Part shown: in pieces, positions 15,270 to 22,600 of the stretch
Position numbering within the stretch: position 1 is the first letter of the stretch
Layout: every line of letters begins with the position of its first letter
DNA from: a virus
Lineage: Duplodnaviria > Caudoviricetes
DNA: 37,012 nt
IMG/VR virus record: IMGVR_UViG_3300022198_001203
Location: 1 to 37,012 of that record
Reading direction: 5' to 3' (one strand)
The notes under the pieces: generated by a model
Told to the model about the DNA's origin: nothing
Database searches by the model: none
What the model saw: the letters and a program-made list of their open reading frames with translations, nothing else
Made by a program: the position numbers and the translations under genes

Positions 15270-16629
15270 CTTGAGAAAGCCCTATTAATTCCATGTTCGT
15301 GCCATCAGAACGGAAAGTTAAAATGTCAATGTCACTAGCACCAGCAGAAAGCGTCGGGGCAGTTGCAGCGGGCCATTTAAATGCGCTGTTCCAAGCGCTC
15401 ACAGAATACGGTCCTGTTCCGACATTCAGGCGCAAGACGTAGTAACTTCCTGCAACCTGATTAGTTGGTGCTGAGAAAGTTGTTACGTTGCCTGTTAATG
15501 TTAATGTTGCATCCTGAGCGGCACCGCAATCCCAGGTCTGAGTAGCGTTATAGGTAAGAGCGGCTGATAGAGGGGTTTGTTGCGCGGTAAATACATTGGC
15601 AACGTCTTTCTTCACTGTGTCTGCATCATAGGCTTGAACATCAGTTCCTATAACTGCGCCGTCCTTTAAAAGTTTACCAGTAGTACCGTCGAACCTAGCT
15701 AGGCTACTATCTGTAGCAGATGCCGGTCCTACAACATCCCCCGAACCGGCTGGACCTGTCGCACCGGTTGCGCCAACGGCACCTCGAGTCCCAGACCTGC
15801 GAATAGTCCAATCCGCTAATGTCCCAGACCCGCCGATATTATCCACCCCGACAGTCATTGTCGTGCCGGTGTACGTGGTAATCGGCCCATGCATGTAATT
15901 AGCATCCGGGTCAGCGTCAGAGGTTATCAATACCCAATCGCCGTCCTGGAAGCCTAAACCTGATGCGACTGTGAACACCTTCGCACCTGTGCCAATGACC
16001 AGTGACGTAGTAGATGTTGCCCCGGTGAGGGTAGCCGCAATAGTCGCCGCGTTGGTTTCACTGGTCGCCGCGTTAGTCTCGGATACAGCCGCAGCAGCAG
16101 CACTTACCGCCGCAGCAGCCGCAGCCGCAGACGGCTCATCAACAAGAGTAAACCCATCATTGGTAGCATTGATGGCGATAGCTTTTGATGCAGCAGGGGC
16201 AGGTATAGTCGTATCAAAAGATGTGAGATTGGCGGCAACCGTGAACTTTAAAGTACGGTCTTGGACTTCTTTTAAATCCTGGCTGATTTGGACGCCCTTA
16301 TCATAAGCCGTTTCAAGCGTAGCAGGCTCTGTTGCGCGTCGGTTCTGAAGGGCGAGTCCCTGAGTTAATGGGACAGACCTAGTGATTGTGAGCTTCTCGC
16401 CGGAGGCTGGGGCAGTAACCATCGTCACGTTACCGCCGCCCTCGTCACCGACGCCGGAAACCGTATAATGCGTCGTGATAGTCTGCACCGTATCAACGCC
16501 AGCAGCGCTCGTTAGCGTGACTACGAGATGATCTTCGTCAAGTGTCTTGAAGTCATACGCAAAAACAGTCGTACTGTCGTTGCCGTTGTACGGTCCAGTC
16601 CTGCTATCTTCGTTGGCGATTGTCATCAA
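15259..16629 (-). CDS. Tail fibre protein with T7 gp17-like N-terminal anchor
   Basis: YNGNDSTTVFAYDF...HYTVSG...APASGEKLTITR; Ala-rich SETNAA coil; short Gly-X-Y stretch; C-terminal FKWP..TAPTLS....DILTF. Confidence 0.88.
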   Translation of the reverse strand: MMTIANEDSRTGPYNGNDSTTVFAYDFKTLDEDHLVVTLTSAAGVDTVQTITTHYTVSGVGDEGGGNVTMVTAPASGEKLTITRSVPLTQGLALQNRRATEPATLETAYDKGVQISQDLKEVQDRTLKFTVAANLTSFDTTIPAPAASKAIAINATNDGFTLVDEPSAAAAAAAVSAAAAAVSETNAATSETNAATIAATLTGATSTTSLVIGTGAKVFTVASGLGFQDGDWVLITSDADPDANYMHGPITTYTGTTMTVGVDNIGGSGTLADWTIRRSGTRGAVGATGATGPAGSGDVVGPASATDSSLARFDGTTGKLLKDGAVIGTDVQAYDADTVKKDVANVFTAQQTPLSAALTYNATQTWDCGAAQDATLTLTGNVTTFSAPTNQVAGSYYVLRLNVGTGPYSVSAWNSAFKWPAATAPTLSAGASDIDILTFRSDGTNMELIGLSQDVS

Positions 16630-16675
16630 TCAATCCTCTTGTTTGTAAATTTATACACTATATTTGGCTGAGTGG

Positions 16676-19600
16676 TTATTTTTCTTTACCTTGGACAAGC
16701 AAACGCCACCAGCCTTCAAACTCATCAAGATTCTGCGTACCCTCATCAGCTAATACATCGGCTGCGCGAGACATCGTTCTTGCGCCAGGAACATGGGCTA
16801 AATACCCGATAGCCATGAATATAGCCTTAGCCGCTTGGATGTCGGCCTCTCCCTGTTTGATTTGATCTAATGCCGCTAGAGGTTTAGCAAAGAACCCTTG
16901 GACGGGGCTGATCTGATAGCCGTACCCGCTTGTCGCTGAATTGACCACATCGCGAGCTAGAACAATTCCGCCAGCAGCGAAGCCTCCAACCGTAGAAGCC
17001 GCCCACAAGGGCCACTCCTCATCGTCTTCCGGGCCACCATTAAACAAGGCATCGACAACAAGCGATGGAATAACCGTCACCCAAAGCTGGTTTTTCACAT
17101 ATTTCAAAATCTGAGGGAAGCTTCGAAAGTTTGTTTGCTTGTAAAGATCAACCTGCACATTGTAGTAGGCGTTGAAAAACGTGTAGAACATCGTGAAGAG
17201 TTTTTTCCACACGCCGCCTTGCTGGTTCTGTGATAAATCGCGGGACAAACCGGAACCTTGACTACGAGCAACGATGCTGTCAGCAAACGCCACCGAGTCA
17301 GGGATGTTTTTTCCTTCTTTCTGCGCCTTGTCATATGCGCCTAGCCAAGTTGGTATCGACACCGCCATGTCTAACTTTTGGATTCCCCAGAAGCTAGCCT
17401 TAACGATATCATCATGCAGTCCTTTAGCACCAATAAGCTTCTGAGCATCTTTGACATCACGATTGAAGGTTGCACCACGATTCCGCATAAACGGTGAAAG
17501 CTCCATGACCTTCCTCGCCGCATCCCCGCGATCTCTGGCAAACTCCCAAACGCCTTTCATCGTCGCTGCCTCGCCAATCAGCACCATAGTCTGTGTTATA
17601 CCAAATGGCTGTTGAAGCATCGTCCTAAGAGATAGACCCATCTCAGCGATTGAAGCGCCTGTCCTCGCGTAAGAAACCAGTTTTTCTATTGGATCAATAG
17701 GCTGCTTGTCGCCGCCTGCAACATTTTTCAGCCAGTTATCAAATTGCTGGTGATATTCTAGCCCCTTCGCAGATTGCACAGCTTCTTTAAATGCTGGCGA
17801 CTGAATAATTCTGTGAACCTCAACCACAGCCTCGCGCATCTCAATATCTTTGATCACGCCATCGATATGATTGAAAGCAACGCTGACATCGAGGAGAATT
17901 TTTCTCTCCCGTCCAAAGCCTTGGCGCTCAATAGTGCTGCCGTGTTTCGTTGTTGCCTTGGAGTGTCCGCCACCGAGAAGGTTTTCAAGCGATGCCTTAG
18001 CCTCCATATCCTTCCGCCCCTTATCAGACGTTCTCGGATCAGCGACAAGCGGGTAATAACCACCAGAAACTTTGCGGCCTGATGGCGTGACAAATGGAGT
18101 TGCCTCTACTTTCTTTGGCTTAACTCCGGTAACTCGCTCTTCAACAGTAGATATGCCCTCTGCAATCACGTTGCCATTGTCATCAACGGTATCATTCCAG
18201 TAGCTATCAACCTCTTTCCATATAGCCTCAACCACATCCCAATCTTTTTCCGTCAATGTTTTTAGAATAGCATCAATCTGAACATCAGAATAATGTTTCT
18301 GCATAACCTCGACATTTCCTTCGTTGCCCATATTGAGGGCAAACGCCAAGCGACCAGAAAGCGACAAGCTTTGACCAAGCTCAGGAATAAACATCTTGTT
18401 ATAAAACTTCATCTTATCGACCCTGCCGTAAACAGACAGAATAGCATTTAATCGTTCTGAAGCCTTCATGCCTCGATCAAGGTAGGCATCATCAGCATCT
18501 TTAATCCTGCGGAAAATATTGGTTGTGATCAATCCGCCTTCTTCATACCCATCAAGCTCTAGGGACAAGCTGTTAATCTGCCTATGGTTGGCAATAAACT
18601 CTTTTACCCAAGACCGGACGCCTTGCAAAAACTTAGCCTCATCAGGCTCGGAAAGCTCTTTAGTGGCATTGGCATAGATGCTGTCAGTCATAGCGGCGAC
18701 ATATTCGTTGAACTCGTTGCGCTCGTTATCGCTGAATCTGCGGCCCTGCACCATCACACTATTAACCGTGTCATACAGTCCTTCGAACTCACTGTATGCC
18801 ATATCCTTATAGTGATTATTCTCTAGAGCCTTATCAAGCTCAGGGCTGATATCGAAAGCAGCGCCGTATTTCTTCTCTTGCTTTTCTGCCCAATCATGTA
18901 CCTGTTCAGCCTTCAGCCTATCAAGACGTTTAGGCCCAGCCTTGGTGCCAAAACTCACACCAGCCAAAATGGTTTTAACCTCTTTGATGAAAGCGGGGTT
19001 GATCACTTTTGGGTTGATCACATCACGTTTAAGCTTGCTCAAACGAGCAGACATCTTTTCGGTCTTGGCAGCAGCATTGCGAGCTTCACGGTAAAGGTGA
19101 AAATTCAATAGTTGACGTTGCTTCGCTTCAGCAGCAGCCTTGAAATCACCTTTGAGAGTAGCAGCCATCGCCTGCTTTGCTGCCCTCATCTCTGCGTTGA
19201 GATATTTACGGTGCGATAGAATCTGACCAACAGGCTTTTTAGCAAGCAACCGCTTTGCTGTCTCTTTGGCGATCTTGTTGGTGACCGTCCTGGAAGAACC
19301 ACCATCTCTGTTGGATTTTTTGGCTTCCTGGATAATCAGGTGCTTTAGCTCTTTGGCAATAAGCCTAGACTGGTTTTCAGAGTGAACCCGAATCAATGCC
19401 TCCTCCTGCATTGTGCCATCGTTCATGATATCGCCATGCTCCTCAAGCATACGCCGCTTTGCTTCAGCCTTGGCGAACTGCTTAGGAGTCAGGAATTTAC
19501 CGTTTTTATCCTGTGGCATCGCCATAAATGATTTAAGCATCTGGTCGCCAGATTCAAAACCGTAAATTGGGGCCATGTCATCAGGGTGCATACCGTCTTT

Positions 19601-22600
19601 TTTGGCGGTCAACCCTTTTGGCAGGAACCGGAAAGCATGAGCGTCTTCCATTTCCGCAAGAGCCTGAGAGCTAATTTTAACGCCTTCAGGAAGATACGCA
19701 GGCAAAGGTTCACCAGACGGCAGTTTGTTACGCCTGATAGTGAACATCGCCCTCCATGTAACATCCTCGTCTAATTCGGCTTCAATAATCTTTGCCGTCG
19801 CTTTTTCTTCAGCATTCCACCATTTTGTGTTCTCGCGCTTTACATCCTGCAATGTCCTGGCGACAAGCTCTGCCGTCTGGGCCTCCTGCGCCCGTTCTTT
19901 GTCCAGGATGTACTTCTCGAATTGCTCTTGCGTGACGCCCATCTGTTCAGCATCAGCAAACAGCGGCTCCATGCTAGCAAAGCCCCGAGCCTGTTCGATC
20001 TCGGATTCACTGGCAAGCATACGATCCATCACGCCACGAATATCATCGTTGAGATCAGCGCGGCGAAGACCAAATTTTTTATAGATCACCGACAGCCAGG
20101 AACTAAACTTAGCAAAGGCCGACAGCAGCTTGACGGATGGCGCGTTGCCCTCCATCAGATACTTCTCGTAGGTTTCTGCCCATTTTTCGTGATGCTCTGT
20201 CGTGAACGACTCACCTGGAGCAACGCCAAGCCAATCGCGCACCGTAGCCATATCATCCTTTAAACCCTGAGATGCGCTATCAAGCTGCGAAAGCTCTGAC
20301 ATCATCTCAAGGTAAAGGTGACCGGATTCATGTAGAAATGTGGAAAGATTCTCGGCCTTGAACAGATTGATAACAATCTCGTCAAGGTTTTCGCCAAAGA
20401 CAATGGAGCCTCGGGCTTCGTCTTTCTCGCGCTGTTCTAGCTCTGTGCCGCCTGCAAGGCTTCCAGCTTCGCGTCTGCCGCCTTCATCGACTGTACTTCC
20501 TTCGATATCGCCAAGAGTGCTGACTTCTGCTGCGCTGGGGTTAGGCTCGCGCTGTGAACCTTCAGGCTTTCCATTGAGGATTCCAAGAATGTCTTCCAAT
20601 TGTCCTCTATCAATTTCCTTCTCCTCTAAAAGCGCGAACAAATTCATTTCAATACTGGAGCGAATTTTGTTGGCGTCTGCCTCGCTTTGATGTTCAGTGG
20701 CGGCGAAGTGGTTTGCGGCCTTACGCACTGTCTCGGATTTGTTTTTGCCGTGGAAGCAACCAGCAGAACCAAGCTTGTCACAAGCAGTGCAAGTCCAGTA
20801 TTTTGTACCAGATTGTTTTTTTAGTCCAGAAATAACAGTTGCAAAGGTTGTGTCTTTGGTGCCGATAGATTTTTTGCCCGCCTCAACAGGGCAGAGAGCA
20901 TTGCTAACTTCTTTTTTGGACTCTGGATACATTCTCAGAACCTGTTCGCGTGTCCAAGAATTACCCTTCAGGTTTACTGGGAGAACGACATTCAGCCGAT
21001 CTTTTATTTTGGAAACGAAATCAGCAGGCAAATTGTCTGTAACGATCAGTGCAATAGAAAGGTCTGGGTTATCCAGCGCCTTGTCCATATTAGTCTCATC
21101 AATGGATAGGGAACGCCAGTTAAAATCAGAAACTTTTCGCAGATGTTCAGGACGCTTAGAAAATATTTGCAGCCTAATACCGCGCTTGTTTAGCTCTTTG
21201 ATAAGCTTTAGTTGCGCTTCTGACAGATCACCCTTTTCGTTCATACGCAGAGCCAAGCCATTTAGGCCAGCAGGCAAATGTGCATAAACAGAAAGACGAT
21301 CCGCCAAAACATCAGGATGGTTATTTGCCATATATTCTGTGAACTCAGCCTTCATCAGGCCATTAGGCGCACCACCTGATCCACCGGCAGAATAACAGTA
21401 AGTGGCACAGGCTGTTGACGGGTCACAATTAAGAAATGATCCGCTAAAATCGTTTTCAGCTTTTCTGTTGTTGCCAAAGAAATTGTAACCTTGAGCTTTT
21501 ATTACAATCTGTTCAGGCCCACCAGCAAACGCCTTTACGATGCTCGTATTGCGCCAATCAACTTTCTCTTCTACAGACCAGAATTTTCCATCTGCAATAT
21601 CATCGATGCTTTGTCCATCTCTTGATCTGTGCAAAATGTCCCTGATAACCAGAGAGCGTATTGCCGCTAAAGACCATTGTGTGCCTTTGTGTGCCTCCAG
21701 GGTATCACGAACACGCTTTGCCTCTGTCGCGGTCATTTTGCCAAGTTGCGCCTCAATTGAAGCATAATGATCTGGATAGTTTTCTTTCACATAGTCAAGA
21801 TTACCAAGAGTGATAGATATTTTGTCTTCTTTCGCTGCTTTCTGGAAAAAGACAGTTGACTGTGCCTCCTGATACAAAATCCGCGCATCATTCGGATCGA
21901 ATGTGCCACGGTTGTTTACTGATTTGATCTGGGTGGGAGAAATAGCTGTGTAGACTGTTGTGTCATCGTTTATCTTTTCGACAGCACCGTCAAATCCCGT
22001 AACCTCTATGAAGTCAGAAAGCATTTGCGTGTAGCCGTTATCATCCCCATAAGACTTATACGCACGTTTAATCTCTTTTACTAAGAGTTTATCTGTTCCA
22101 TCGGCACTGCCTCTAGCCTCCATTATGTAATCAACAAAAACAGCCGCCTTTTCGGATAGGCTCATCCCATGTGTGTCCACCCCTGTTTGGAAATCTATCC
22201 ATCTATCGTAAAAAAAAGCATTATTCCCACGGGAAAACAACTCTATAGCCATATCTCTTGTGATATTTTGGTTGTCGCCTCTCTTTAATTCTAGCGGGTT
22301 TTGAACAGATAAATACATAGCCTCTGGTTTACCATAACCAGATGCTTGTTTTTTATTTTCTGTGAAATAGAAACCAACACCTTGTTGTGAAAGTCTTGTT
22401 TCATCAGATTGTTTTTTTGGATCAAATGCAAAATCATCATCAACAGTCGCTTTAGTCCCATGATAAACCACCAACGGCTCACCATTCTCATCCACAACCT
22501 TCGAATCACCGAACCAAGCATCGAATGCTGGGTTTCCCGGCTGGAATAGAACCTGTGGATCAGAAGGCATCGCGTCCTTAATGTTTTGCATCTGCCCAAA

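Noticed and set aside
16030-16135. GCC/GCA-rich repeats in the tail fibre gene
   Set aside because: Explained by the Ala-rich SETNAA coiled-coil coding sequence common in tail fibres
13879-16629. Diversity-generating retroelement, as in BPP-1
   Set aside because: No reverse transcriptase and no template/variable repeat pair seen near the tail fibre genes
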